64,000 bases of DNA from Octopus vulgaris (taxonomy: Eukaryota): the NCBI GenBank assembly GCA_951406725.2, contig OX597830.1, forward strand, positions 23,746,001 through 23,810,000, in the 5' to 3' direction. This document shows positions 27,809 to 41,004 of this stretch, one piece after another (position 1 is the first letter of the stretch; every line of letters begins with the position of its first letter). Below the pieces are notes generated by a model. The model did no database searches. It saw only the letters and a list, made by a program, of their open reading frames with translations, and had not been told where the DNA came from. Both the position numbers and the translations under genes were made by a program.

Positions 27809-28534
27809 TACAAACGAAAAGAGAATCAAAGAATCTAGCGTCTTTTTAAATCTTAATTTGAACTTTAAGATCTGAAAAGATATACAGATGAGGAATGGAC
27901 TTCGAAAGGATCGATGGCAGTAAAAAAGGAAAATATATGTTTGAAGAAAATAGCCCTAAGTCTAACAGTTATATACAGCCACCAAGAAGATAGATAAAAC
28001 CAAAGTTAAAAGTGTTTATTAGCAAAAAATATATATATACCATATGTTAAAGCAAGATGAACTTGAATAGGAAAATACGAGAAAAACACAGAGAATATAG
28101 TTCTCTGATTCTAAAATCAAAGTCATATAAACACACACATACATGTATACATTCATACTGGCATACATATATATATAGATATATGTATACACCTAGATAT
28201 AAACACACATACATGCTACAGGAATGGACTGAAGAAGAAGGTAGTCAACACCACGGGAAAGTATAGAGTTATAAATATTTATTATTTAAATTACATCTCC
28301 TAACTGATATAATTTATGGTTCCTGTCACTGGTTTTTGTCTGTAGATATGCTCCCAGTCACCTACACGTCTGGTTCTAATCCGAAGAATGGAGAAAAAGA
28401 AAGAAAGAAAAAAATGAAAATCAAACACAAGAGACTCTCTTGAGACAAACTGAGAGAGAAACCTTCACCCTTGTGAGAAAATACCTCCAGGAAAGTTACA
28501 AGGTGTTTGTGATGTGAGGTTGACTGTATTTTGC

Positions 28535-28627
<93 letters not shown>

Positions 28628-28660
28628 AATATATATATACGTAAATATATATATGTATGT

Positions 28661-28756
<96 letters not shown>

Positions 28757-28809
28757 TATATATGTATCCAAAGAGAGCTTTTGCTTGATTTCTTTTTCAC
28801 GTATGTATG

Positions 28810-28844
<35 letters not shown>

Positions 28845-28885
28845 ATCTATATATGTATATGTGTATGTGTATGTATATCTATATA

Positions 28886-28928
<43 letters not shown>

Positions 28929-29229
28929 GTATAAAAATATATACACAATAATATTTACATATAAACACACACACATTCGTATATATATACACATACACAT
29001 ATATAAATTGCATACATTTATGGACATATATATATCTAGATGAGAATTAACTTTTATAAGATTATTCAGCCTGAGTTATAATGTATTAAGTCATAATTTT
29101 GATCCACCTAAAATCGTGTTTGTAGGTTTGGGATTAGTACTATCTATTTGAAAAAAAATCTTGTAATACTATTTCAAGTATATGGCTTGATTCTTTCTAT
29201 ATAAATTTTAAACGCAGCATAACTTTACA

Positions 29230-29445
29230 ACACGCACTTACTTAAATACATGCGTCCATACCTACATATATATTTATGTAAGTAGGTATATATACATATA
29301 CATACATAAATATATCCGTTTGTCAGTGAACAGGTCGCGGTCTTAAAGCGACGAAAATATTTGGACAAATTAAACTTAAATGTTGAAGTGAATCGTACGG
29401 CTTTTGTGTGTTTCTTAAATGGCTTACAAACACCTTCCACGCTGC

Positions 29446-29448
<3 letters not shown>
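29230..29448 (+). mobile_element. (TA)n-terminated element with decayed type I hammerhead at 29319-29369
   Basis: TTTGTC..gTGAAcA-G-GTCGC..GCGAC-GAAA-ATAT-TT-gGACAAA. Confidence 0.5.
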
Positions 29449-29488
<40 letters not shown>

Positions 29489-29497
29489 TACATATAT

Positions 29498-29661
29498 ACG
29501 ACGGGCTTCTTTCAGTTTCCGTCTACCAAATCCACTCACAAGGCTTTGCTCGGCCCAAGGCTATAGTAGATGACACTTGTCCAAGGTGCCACGCAGTAGG
29601 ACTGAAACCGGAACCATGTCGTTCGTAAGTAAGCTACTTACAACACAGCCACTCCTACTCC
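29498..29661 (-). mobile_element. SINE family M head half
   Basis: Reverse complement of the M head, ending at its microsatellite. Confidence 0.85.
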
Positions 29662-29708
<47 letters not shown>

Positions 29709-29712
<4 letters not shown>

Positions 29713-30224
29713 CAGTATCGCCCGGCGTTGCTCGGGTTTGTAAGGGAAATAACTATATAAGCATTTTTAGAGAGTTACTTCCTTTATAGATGCCAATTCG
29801 GGCCTTTTTAGCCATTTCTGTTTTGGTGTCTTCAAGCCATGAAGTCGTTGTTCTAAAAGAACGCTGGTCTCCTTGACAACGCATTACGACGTTGATTTCC
29901 TTAAACTCCCTTCCCCACAGCTTCACGAGGGAGGGAAGAAGGGGAGAAGCAAACACAGGTGCAGGTGTTTGAGCGTGGACGCCAACTCCGCCGCCATCGA
30001 CACACGAAAAATTATGCATTAAAATGGAATAAAAAATGATGTTAAATTATTTTTTAAATCGTAGACTCATCGTAGACGCGCGCTAATAGCCAGACGGGCT
30101 TGATATTAATCACGACTATAAGATACCCGAATTTGGTTAAACTGCACCGCAAAATGTGGGAGGAGTTAGGAATCTAAATCGTAGGAGACAGACACTCACA
30201 CAACTACAGTTTTATATATATAGA
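29709..30224 (-). mobile_element. Non-autonomous Helitron
   Basis: 5' TCTATATATATAAAA; same 3' hairpin as 20023; homologous to 63625. Confidence 0.82.
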
Positions 30225-30451
30225 TATATATATATATATACGAGATAGTATCAAAAGATTCTCAGACTAGCTATGTTTAATAAAAAGTAACTTATCATGA
30301 CTTTCGAAATCGTCATTTTACGCTGCAATACACTAGATCCAGGGATCTGACCTGGAAGTTGTCTTCCGTAAGCGAGTCGAAGACTTTCTATGAATCACCC
30401 TGCATCCCAACAACGGTGTTAAAACGGCGACCTTTGAGCTGTATTTTCATC

Positions 30452-30599
30452 TTATTTCGTTGTTGCCCACAAGGGGCTAAACATAGAGGGGACAAACAAG
30501 GACAGACAAACGGATTAAGTAGATTATATCGACCCCAGTACGTAACTGGTACTTATTTAATCGACCCCGAAAGGACGAAAGGCAAAGTCGACCTCGGCG

Positions 30600-30603
<4 letters not shown>
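30452..30603 (-). mobile_element. 5'-truncated SINE family N (tail A)
   Basis: Core and tail on the minus strand. Confidence 0.85.
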
Positions 30604-30648
<45 letters not shown>

Positions 30649-30803
30649 AACGAGAAAGAAGCAACAAGAATGGATTATTGTTTTTAGTACAATTGTTTCA
30701 TACAAAGACAGGCTTTATTAAAAGTTGCAAAAGTTTTCTGGTGCATCTAAGTTAAGTACCACATTCAAGTAAATTCATTGGAATTGACTTGAATCTTAAT
30801 TGC

Positions 30804-30855
<52 letters not shown>

Positions 30856-30904
30856 AATATATATATATACTATGTATGTATGTATGTATGTATATATACA
30901 TTCA

Positions 30905-31101
30905 TATATGGGTACAGGGCACCAAAAAGACGTGAACAAAATTAAGAACGAGAACATAAAAAAAACAAAAACATGGAAAAACGAACATTTTTTCGAACAA
31001 CGAAAGTAACAAATAGAGAAGCGAGACAGTCAACATAAAGAACATTCCCTTCATCTTTTTGTTCCTTGTTTTATCTACTCCGCATTTCGAAGGTAGGAAC
31101 A
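30905..31101 (-). mobile_element. Microsatellite-anchored element (family P3) with decayed permuted hammerhead-like motif at 31047-31101
   Basis: Minus strand TGTTCCT-a-CCTTC-GAAA-TGCG...AGGAACA-(aaaa)GATGA-AGGG; A-rich organisation like P2. Confidence 0.45.
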
Positions 31102-31820
31102 TGTCGTCTCATCGTTGTTGATCTTCGAAAAGAATCACGAGATTTCGCCGCCAATGATTTTTCCATTGTAGATCTTATCTTTCAGTCGCATCACCTGAAT
31201 GAGGTGTCTCCGCCATTTTATTCGCTTTTGAAATTTCCTATACGGCTACAGCACATTGGATGTAGAGATAGAACATGACATCCCGTCTGACACTATTACA
31301 AATTTCGTTAAATTATCGCCCTGGACTGTACTATCGTTTTTATTTATCAATACGAACGAATGAAAGGCACGGATGACACCGGCGATATTTTAAATAAGAA
31401 TGAATAGCTTCGGAATAACTATCGCAAATCACATACATAAATATACAAATATACATGTATACATATCTCTATGCTGTGTGTATATATGTATCATGTATTA
31501 CATGATACATATATACACACTACATACATATAAGTTTGGATATTTCATCATTTTATATCGGTGCATTAAAACGTGTAGTACATACACACCTACAGACACG
31601 TAGACACACACATACACACACACACACACACATACACACACATACATACACACAAACAAACAAACAAACAAACAAACAAACACACACACATATATATATG
31701 TATTCTTTGATTCTTTTAAAAATTTCAGTCATGCGGCTGCGGTCATGTATACGTAGAGGTACCTGTCTCAATAACTATTTTGTTATTTGTCTTTTTGTCT
31801 TTGTCTGTTTGTCGTTCTCT

Positions 31821-31874
<54 letters not shown>

Positions 31875-32804
31875 TTATCTATCTGTCTGTTTATCTTTCA
31901 ATCTATTTCTCTGTGTGTGCGTGTGTGCCTGTAGCTAGGTTGCGGTGTAGTTATGTACGTATGTATGAAATAGTATTGCAAAACAGTAAAATATATTAAG
32001 GAAGCAGGAAAAAACAAAAAAGACAAAAACATACGCACAAATATATAAAACGCTCGTAGATAAGTATGTATCATACGACTTCTGTATCGGTTGTCAGTAG
32101 ACAGCAATTATCATAAGCTGATTGAATAGTGTTAGTATTTTATCGAGCAATGATTGTTAAGAAAAAGAAGCTCGACTGAAATGACAAAGGTGAAAGTAGT
32201 AATAATACCAGAAACGAGATATTTTATTCGTAACTGGACTTAGTCTAATATAGACATATGGAAGGACAGAGCTTTAGAGACGTGTAATAATTTATGTATA
32301 ACGTTACATCGTTAAATAATGTGAAACGACGGCAGTGTTCTCCAAGTTTGGAGAGAGAGAGAGGGAGAGAGAGGCGGGGAAGTACAATATATGATTCAAT
32401 AGCTTTTATGAACGCCATTGTAGCGGAAAGAGAAATACGCCATGTTGTACAGGACATAATTTTATATTGACGTTGTTTTTGTCGCCGTTCTTGTTGTTTA
32501 GTCCCAGGTCGTCATTTCTCCACAAGGCATATAGACAAAAAGCGTTCCAGCCATAGTTATCCTATATTTTGCTTTTGTTTTTTTTTTATTTTGCTTTTGT
32601 TTGAGACATATGTTTGCATTGTGTGATGTTTTAAGACGGTGGTAGCCGTTGTGCTTTTTGTTCGTTATATTGCTGCTTTTGTTGTTGTAGTTGTAGTAGC
32701 TGATGTTTACTTCTACATCAGTTCTAAGCAGAAACCCCTGATCAATCACGTCACAACCGTGACCATTTCACCTTTTTATTCAAGCATAACACATTGGATT
32801 CTAA

Positions 32805-33000
32805 TTTTGGCACAATTTTAGGGGGAAGGTTTTAATCGATTACATCGACCCCAGTGTTCAACTGGTGTTTATTTTATCGGCCCCGAAAGCATAAAAAGCA
32901 AAAGCAACCTCAGTGTAATTTAAACACAGAACGAGAAGACAGACACAATACCGCTAAGGGTTTCGCCTGGTGTGCAAACGATTCTGTCACTGGTTGCCTT
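32805..33000 (-). mobile_element. Diverged SINE family N
   Basis: ATCGACCCCAGTG..CTGGT..CCCCGAAAG. Confidence 0.7.
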
Positions 33001-33182
33001 ATGTAGGCATGAGATATTGAAAACAGGATTAGACTTTCCAATTTATTTTTTATGAAGTTGTTATTATGGTGGGGTACAAAGAAAACGCGAAATGCGCCAA
33101 TCCCAAACCAACTCTTTGTCTTTAGTCCCCACTAAAACCCGATATGACTTTCTTGCCAACCCAAACCCAATATATATATATG

Positions 33183-33252
<70 letters not shown>

Positions 33253-33258
<6 letters not shown>

Positions 33259-33897
33259 AAATGGGACAAGAACGGAAAATTTCCAGATAGACGATACAAA
33301 AACACGGACGGGTCATTCGAAGCCTTTAATTTTCAGTCAAGAACCGGATCATCCTCGCAATTTCGGCTGATTAATGTTGAGATTGCTCCAATCTGGCCAG
33401 CCCCAAGGAAAAACTAAGCTAAGAGCAATAGATGCCTTGCAAAAAAGCTTCGAATGTATACGAAACAAGGACGGAAAAACGGACAATATTACACGAATAT
33501 AAATACAAAAATAATAATAAAACAGTAAAATAGTAATAACATACATAACAACAGGCGTCTTTCGACTGGAGACGAATTGATTTCAGTTGGCGTGTTGGGA
33601 ATTAAGCCTTACAGCAGAGGAAAAGTGTCGATGTGGCAGCGACTGCGGCCAAACGCAAAAAGGCCAGCAGACGGCCAAAGGTCACGCGAGAAGAGAAGAG
33701 AGAGAAAAAGAGGAACAAAGGAGTTAAGGAGGGGGAGAAGAGAGAGAGCGAGAAAGAGCAAGAGAGAGTGTGTAGACGGAAGAATCAGGGAGTGGCGAGA
33801 AAAAGGGAGAGACATGGACAAAGTGAAGTGCAAAGTAAGAAAGGCAAAGAAATGTGAGAGAGGGTGGAGAAAGAGTGTTGAAGAAGTCGTACAACAT
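33253..33897 (-). mobile_element. Diverged single copy of the 760-bp family P1 unit between (TA)n tracts
   Basis: Reverse-complement homology to the 35650-37588 units. Confidence 0.85.
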
Positions 33898-33918
33898 ATA
33901 TATATATATGTATGTATG

Positions 33919-33964
<46 letters not shown>

Positions 33965-34009
33965 ATATATATTTCATAAATCTCTGAGCGAGGTATACAC
34001 AGTAGCTGC

Positions 34010-34982
34010 ACGACATCCTATAAGTTTTACGAGTTAGCAAAGATGTGTGTAATGTAGCGTTGTCATGGTGGAGCACGATTCCTTTCCGATTTGTCAATTC
34101 TAGCCATTTTCTTTGATCACTTCCTCCAGTTTCATTAGTTGTTGACAGTAAACATCTGAACTGATCGTCTGGTTAGTTCGAAGCCGCTCAAAATATACAA
34201 CACCTTTGAAATCGCACTAAATTGACAGCATGGCTTTTTTTGATACAATTCAGATATCGATGCGGTTCGTGCTGGTTCATTACGCTTAGACCATGATCGT
34301 TTGCGATTGATGATATTGTAGACATTCCATTTTTCATCGCCAGTGATGATTCGTTTCAAAAATGGTTGATTTCATTGTGCTTGAGATGCATATAGCAAAT
34401 ATTGGTTTGTTATGTTAAGTGAATCTCTTAAAATTCATGTGGAACCCTTATTATCAAGCTTCTTAACGAGTCCAAGACATTTTTAAAGATTTTCAAATGT
34501 TCTTTGTGATACATCTAACGTTTCTGCAATCTCTCGCTCAGTTATATGGCAATAAGATTCAATTATGGCTTTGATTCGGTCATCATTAACTTCAGTAGGT
34601 CGACCAGAAAATGTTGGTCAACTTTGAGTGAAAAAATCTCCAGAACGGAATTTTAAAATCATTTCTGACATGTGCGTTCTGTTAAGCAATCAACATCATA
34701 AGCTTCACATATCTCTTTGTGAGCCTCAGCAACATTCTTGGCTTTACGGAAATAAAAAAAGCAAAATATGGCGAAAATGTTTGTTTTTGCACTGTATGTT
34801 AAAATTGACACTGAACTAACAGCTGTTAACAAAATTACGTGAAATTTGCTTCTAAAGTAAGCTAAAAGTTACAGCTACTAAATGTCAAAAGGAAAAAATC
34901 ATAAAATTGACGAAAGTCATTGTAAAGAATCGTAACTCTATCTATTTGCGAAAAACGAAATTACTTTCTTGTCAAACCAATA
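34010..34982 (-). mobile_element. Decayed mariner element, 3' truncated
   Basis: TIR-like TATATTGGTTTGACAAGAAAGTAATT; KRIITGDEKW; NRKGIVLHHDNA. Confidence 0.9.
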
Positions 34983-34986
34983 TATA

Positions 34987-35025
<39 letters not shown>

Positions 35026-35064
35026 CCCTAGGAAGACATATATATATATACATATATATATACG

Positions 35065-35114
<50 letters not shown>

Positions 35115-35132
35115 TACACACAAATATATACA

Positions 35133-35172
<40 letters not shown>

Positions 35173-35536
35173 TACCCAAGTAGAGAGATATGAAACATCC
35201 AAATGTACAAGAATAGAGACAGGGATACGCACGTCAGCATATATATATATACATACATACTCGTACACATGCACCACATGCAAACACTCATAGACGTGAC
35301 TAGAAAAATGTACGGTGAACATTTTTAATCAACACACATTGGTGAAGGTCAAACGAACCTAGGAAATAGATAGTTGGAGCCATTTTTCAACACACCTAGA
35401 TGTAACATCTGTAAGGAAGCCATTTGTTTACTCTGAACATCGAGTCTAATTTCTAAGTTTATTGAAAACGTATAGATTGCATGACAAATATACACATGTA
35501 GAAAAGAAAAAAAAACTGTGTGGAATACCCTATCTC

Positions 35537-35638
<102 letters not shown>

Positions 35639-35649
35639 AAGATAAAAGG

Positions 35650-37584
35650 GTCGAGGCTAGACACATTTTTTTCTCTCTTTGCCCCAAGGCATTTTTCTAA
35701 TGCGCCAGCTCGAAGTTCACCCGTCCTGTCGAAAAGACGCCTGTCTGTGACGTCCTGTTTTTGTTATTATTATTATCATCATTATTGTTTTTCCGTATTT
35801 TCGTATTCTTATTCGTGTTATCATTATTGTTTTTACGTATTTTTGTATTCTTATTCGTGTAACATCGTCCGTTTTCCCGTCCTTGTTTTGTATATATTCG
35901 AGGCTTTCTTCCAAGGAATCTAATGCGCTTGGCTTAGATTTTCCTTTGGGGCTGGCCAGGTCGGAGCAATCTCAAGATTAATCAGCCGAAATTGCGAGGA
36001 TGATCCGGTTCTTGACTGAAGATTGAAGGCTTCGAATATCCCGTCCGTGTTTTTTGTATCATCTTCTAAATGATTTGCGTTCTTGTCCCAGTTTGTATTT
36101 TTTTTTACATATACATATATATATATAGCGACGCCCGTACCCTTTTTGGTCTTGTATGTAAGTACATATTTTCTTTAAACTTGGTACAACTCTATAACAC
36201 TGTCTCTCTCTTCCCCCTCTCCTACATTTCTCTGCCTTTCACACTTTGCACTCTACTTTGATCTGTCTCTTTCTCTCTCTCTCTCTCTTCTCCTCCTCCT
36301 TTGTTCCTTGTTCCCCTTTTTTTCTCTCTTCATCTGTCCCTCTTTTCCTCTCTCTTCTCCTTACACGTGGCTAACTGACGGACTGCTGTCCTTTTCGTGG
36401 TCAGCAGCCGTCGAGGCTAGACACATTTTTTCTCTCTTTGCCCCAAGGCACTTTTCTAATGCGCCAGCTCGAAGTTCACCCGTCCTGTCGAAAAGACGCC
36501 TGTCTGTGACGTCCTGTTTTTGTTATTATTTTCATTATTGTTTTTACGTATTTTTGTATACTTATTCGTGTTATCATTATTGTTTTTACGTATTTTTGTA
36601 TTCCTATTCGTGTAACATCGTCCGTTTTCCCGTCCTTGTTTTGTATATATTCGAGGCTTTCTTCCAAGGAATCTAATGCGCTTGGCTTAGATTTTCCTTT
36701 GGGGCTGGCCAGGTCGGAGCAATCTCAAGATTAATCAGCCGAAATTGCGAGGATGATCCGGTTCTTGACTGAAGATTGAAGGCTTCGAATATCCCGTCCG
36801 TGTTTTTTGTATCATCTTCTAAATGATTTGCGTTCTTGTCCCAGTTTGTATTTTTTTTACATATACATATATATATATATAGCGGCGCCCGTACCCTTTT
36901 TGGTCTTGTATGTAAGTACATATTTTCTTTAAACTTGGTACGACTCTATAACACTGTCTCTCTCTCCCCCCTCTCCTACATTTCTCTGCCTTTCACACTT
37001 TGCACTCTACTTTGATCTGTCTCTTTCTCTCTCTCTCTCTCTCTTCTCCTCCTCCTTTGTTCCTTGTTCCCCTTTTTTCTCTCTTCATCTGTCCCTCTTT
37101 TCCTCTCTCTTCTACTTACACGTGGCTAACTGACGGACTGCTGCCCTTTTCGTGGTCAGCAGCCGTCGAGGCTAGACACATCTTTTCTCTCTTTGCCCCA
37201 AGGCATTTTTCTAATTCGCCAGCTCGAAGTTTACCCGTCCTGTTGAAAAGATGCCTGTCTGTCACGTCCTGTTTTTGTTATTATTATTATCATTATTGTT
37301 TTTACGTATTTTTGTATTCTTATTCATGTTATCATTATTGTTTTTACGTATTTTTGTATTCCTATTCGTGTAACATCGTCCGTTTTCCCGTCCTTGTTTT
37401 GTATATATTCGAGGCTTAGATTTTCCTTTGGGGCTGGCCAGGTCGGAGCAATCCCAAGATTAATCAGCCGAAGTTGCGAGGATGATCCGGTTCTTGACTG
37501 AAGATTGAAGGCTTCGAATGTCCCGTCCGTGTTTTTTGTATCGTCTTCTAAATGTTTTGCGTTCTTGTCCAAGTTTGTATTTTT

Positions 37585-37588
<4 letters not shown>
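35650..37588 (+). repeat. Tandem array (~2.5 x 755-760 bp) of non-coding family P1, one permuted hammerhead motif per unit
   Basis: Units start at 35650, 36410 and 37165; motifs at 35966-36031, 36719-36784 and 37448-37513. Confidence 0.92.
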
Positions 37589-37652
<64 letters not shown>

Positions 37653-37662
37653 TATATACATA

Positions 37663-38506
37663 TACAGATGTGATAGCTAAATTGTCGCCACAACTTCAAT
37701 TTCGCGCATGCACATAGTTTGTTTTTGATATTGTCGACTACAAATTATAGTAGGGTCGGTTGAGCATCTTCTGTGAGAAAAAACAGCACCATGACACTAT
37801 TCGCTCTGCCAGAAATTTGGAAACAACATGCTGTACTGCTTGGCTTTCGCGCCAGAAGTTCCAATACGAACATTTCAGAGTGTTTGGGTGGCAATCTGAG
37901 GAAAGTGCAATCTGAGGGAGATAAACATCAAACATCCAGTCAACATCCTGGTGTTTGGAATGATCACTAGTAATGACGACGGTAGGCCTCCATTCATCTC
38001 CCCACCCGGCCTCAGACTCAACACAGTGGCCAACATCAAGTGCCTGAAGGAGGTAGTGCTGTCCTGGGTCAAGAGGGTGGCTGCTGGAAGACCCTGTGTC
38101 TAGCAACAGGTCTGTATACCATGTTACAGAGGAAGGAGAACACAGTCATGATTGTCAGACAATTTCTGAAACCACATCACCCCTAACATCTGGTCAGCTA
38201 ACTCCGTAAACTGCAACCGCCTTATGTGTGGGCCGCAGTTGAGCGAGAAGCCAACAAAATTCCCTGTAACACCAAAGATGAACTGAAGACAAAGATTATG
38301 GGAGCATTCACCAACACCAACAAGGAGACCATCCAGAAAAGTTGCAGGAGATTCTGAAGTCGTCTGGAGGCCGTGGTTGAAGATATTGGCGATTTTATCG
38401 AATAAATTTACTCTTGGAGTAAAGAAGATTTGGTAAATATATCTGTTAAAATGAGATGTCAGTGTTATTTTCATTTTTGTGTAATTTAGACGACAGTTTA
38501 TTCACC
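37663..38506 (+). mobile_element. Internally deleted DD37D (maT-like) Tc1/mariner element, copy A
   Basis: KHPVNILVFGMITS, decayed QQD..PC and W..NS..CN motifs with ~37-aa spacing, SRLEAVV..GDFIE*. Confidence 0.8.
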
Positions 38507-38865
38507 ATATATACATATATATATAATATATTCACACCGACATATATATATATATATATCTTTGTGTGTGTGTGTGTGTGTGTGTGTGTACATGTGCATC
38601 TGTGTGTGCGGTAAGATGTTTGCTTCCCAGTCATAAACCTCAGGGTTTCGACCACTGTATGACGCCAAGGACAAGTGTCTTCTTCTATGATCTCGAGTCG
38701 ACCAAAACCTTGTGAGCCAATTTGTTAGACGGAAACTGAAAAGAAGCCCGTTTTACCTATGTGTTTGTGTGTGTGTGTGTGTATGTGTGTGTGTGTGCGT
38801 GTGTATTTGTGTTTGTCCCCGACCACTGCTTACAAACCAGTGTTGGTTTATTTACGACACCATAA

Positions 38866-38933
<68 letters not shown>

Positions 38934-38936
<3 letters not shown>

Positions 38937-39737
38937 CAAGATGTGATAGCTAAATTGTCGCTACATTGTCGACTACAAATTATAATAGGGTCGGTTGAGC
39001 ATCTTCTGTGAGAAAAACAGCACCATGACACTATTCGCTCTGCCAGACATTTGGAAACAACATGCTGTACCGCTTGGCATTCGCGCCAGATGTTCCAATA
39101 CGAACATCTCAGAGTGTTTGAGTGGCAATCTGAGGACATTGCAATCTGAGGGTGATAAAAATCAAATATTCAGTCAACATCATTGAGCTTAGAGTAATCA
39201 CTAGTAATGACGACGGTAGGCCTCCATTCATCTCCCCACACGGCCTCAGACTCAACACAGTGGCCAACATCAAGTGTCTGAAGCAGGTAGTGCTGCCCTG
39301 GGTCAAGAGAGTGGCTGCTGGAAGACCCTGTGTCTAGCAACAGGTCTGTATACCATGTTACAGAGGAAGGAGAACACAGTCATGATTGTCAGACAATTTC
39401 TGCGACCACATCACCCCTAACATCTGGTCACTTAACTCCGTAAACTGCAACCTTATGTGTGAGGCGCAGTTGAACGAGAGACCAACAAAACTCCCTGTAA
39501 CACCAAAGATGAACTGAAGGCAAAGATTATGGCAGCATTCACCAACATCAACAAGGAGATCATCCAGAAGAATTGCAGGAGATTCTGAAGTCGTCTGGAG
39601 GCCGTGGTGAAAGTCATTGGCGATTTACTGAATAAATTTACTCTTGGAGTAAAGAAGATTTTGGTAAATATATCTGTTAAAATGAGATGTCAGTGTTATT
39701 TTCATTTTTGTGTAATGTAGACGACAGTTTATTCACC
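38934..39737 (+). mobile_element. DD37D element copy B (part of a local duplication)
   Basis: Shares the deletion, stop codons and 3' flank with copy A. Confidence 0.8.
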
Positions 39738-39804
39738 ATATATACATATATGTATAATATATTCACACTGACATACATATTTATATATATGTGTGTTTGT
39801 GTGT

Positions 39805-39836
<32 letters not shown>

Positions 39837-40180
39837 TTATCCCCGCAACATCACTTTACAACCGATGCTGGTGTGTTTACGTCCCCATAACTTAGCAGTG
39901 TGGCAAAAGCGACCGATAGAATAAGTACTAGGCTTATAGAGAATAAGCTCTAGGTCGATTTGTTCGACTACAGGCGGTGCTCCACAAGGCCGCAGTCAAA
40001 ATGACTGAAACAAATGAAATAATAAAATACATACATACATACATACATACATACATACATACATGCATACATAAATAAATACATGCATACATACATACAT
40101 ACATGCATGCATACATACATACATGCATACATACATACATACATACATACATACATACATACATACATACATACATACAT

Positions 40181-40481
40181 GTAACACACTACCTAAATAC
40201 CAATCTTGAGAACTTAGTCTTCTCAAAACCAGAAAGGAGAAAACTGATTCGAATACTATAGATCCAATCCATCGCTGGAACTGTTAAAATCCATAATGCT
40301 TTGCAGAAGTTTATCATTTAAGCATATATGAGCATGTCTAGATATGCAAGTATATGCATGAGAAAAGATACATAAAATAAATCATGTTTATGCTTTTGGA
40401 ATTCCAATGGCGGAGACTTGGATCTAGGTTAGAAACCGGCTCTTTCTCTATTGGCAAAAATCTCGCAATAAAACTGAATAA
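40181..40481 (+). mobile_element. R4/Dong-like retrotransposon 3' end inserted in (CATA)n
   Basis: VTHYLNTNLENLVFSKPERRKLIRIL*IQSIAGTVKI..QKFII* (stop 40319-40321), UTR ending AATAAAACTGAATAA; (CATA)n on both sides. Confidence 0.75.
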
Positions 40482-40590
40482 CATACATACATAATATATA
40501 TATACATACATACATACATACATATTCATATATATAAATACATATGTATATACGTGTGTGTGTGTGTATATGTATATATATATATATATA

Positions 40591-40624
<34 letters not shown>

Positions 40625-40784
40625 GCACACACAAACGCATACATTCACATATATACAAATATGTTTGCGCATGCGTCTGTGTGTGTGTATTTATATGCAC
40701 ATTAGTGCGTGTACAAAAATGCACATGGACGCTAGTAATTTCTGATGAAATAGAAAACAGACTTCTCCTTACACACGCACACAC

Positions 40785-40825
<41 letters not shown>

Positions 40826-40952
40826 CATATGTGTATAGATATATATGTATGTATACATATATATATATACACACACATGCGTGTGTATGTTTATGTATGT
40901 AGTATATATATAAATATACATATATTTATATATATATACATACATATCTATA

Positions 40953-41004
<52 letters not shown>

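Noticed and set aside
27248-27875. Poly-Met/His/Asp ORFs
   Set aside because: Trinucleotide array open in several frames on both strands, with no splice or domain evidence.
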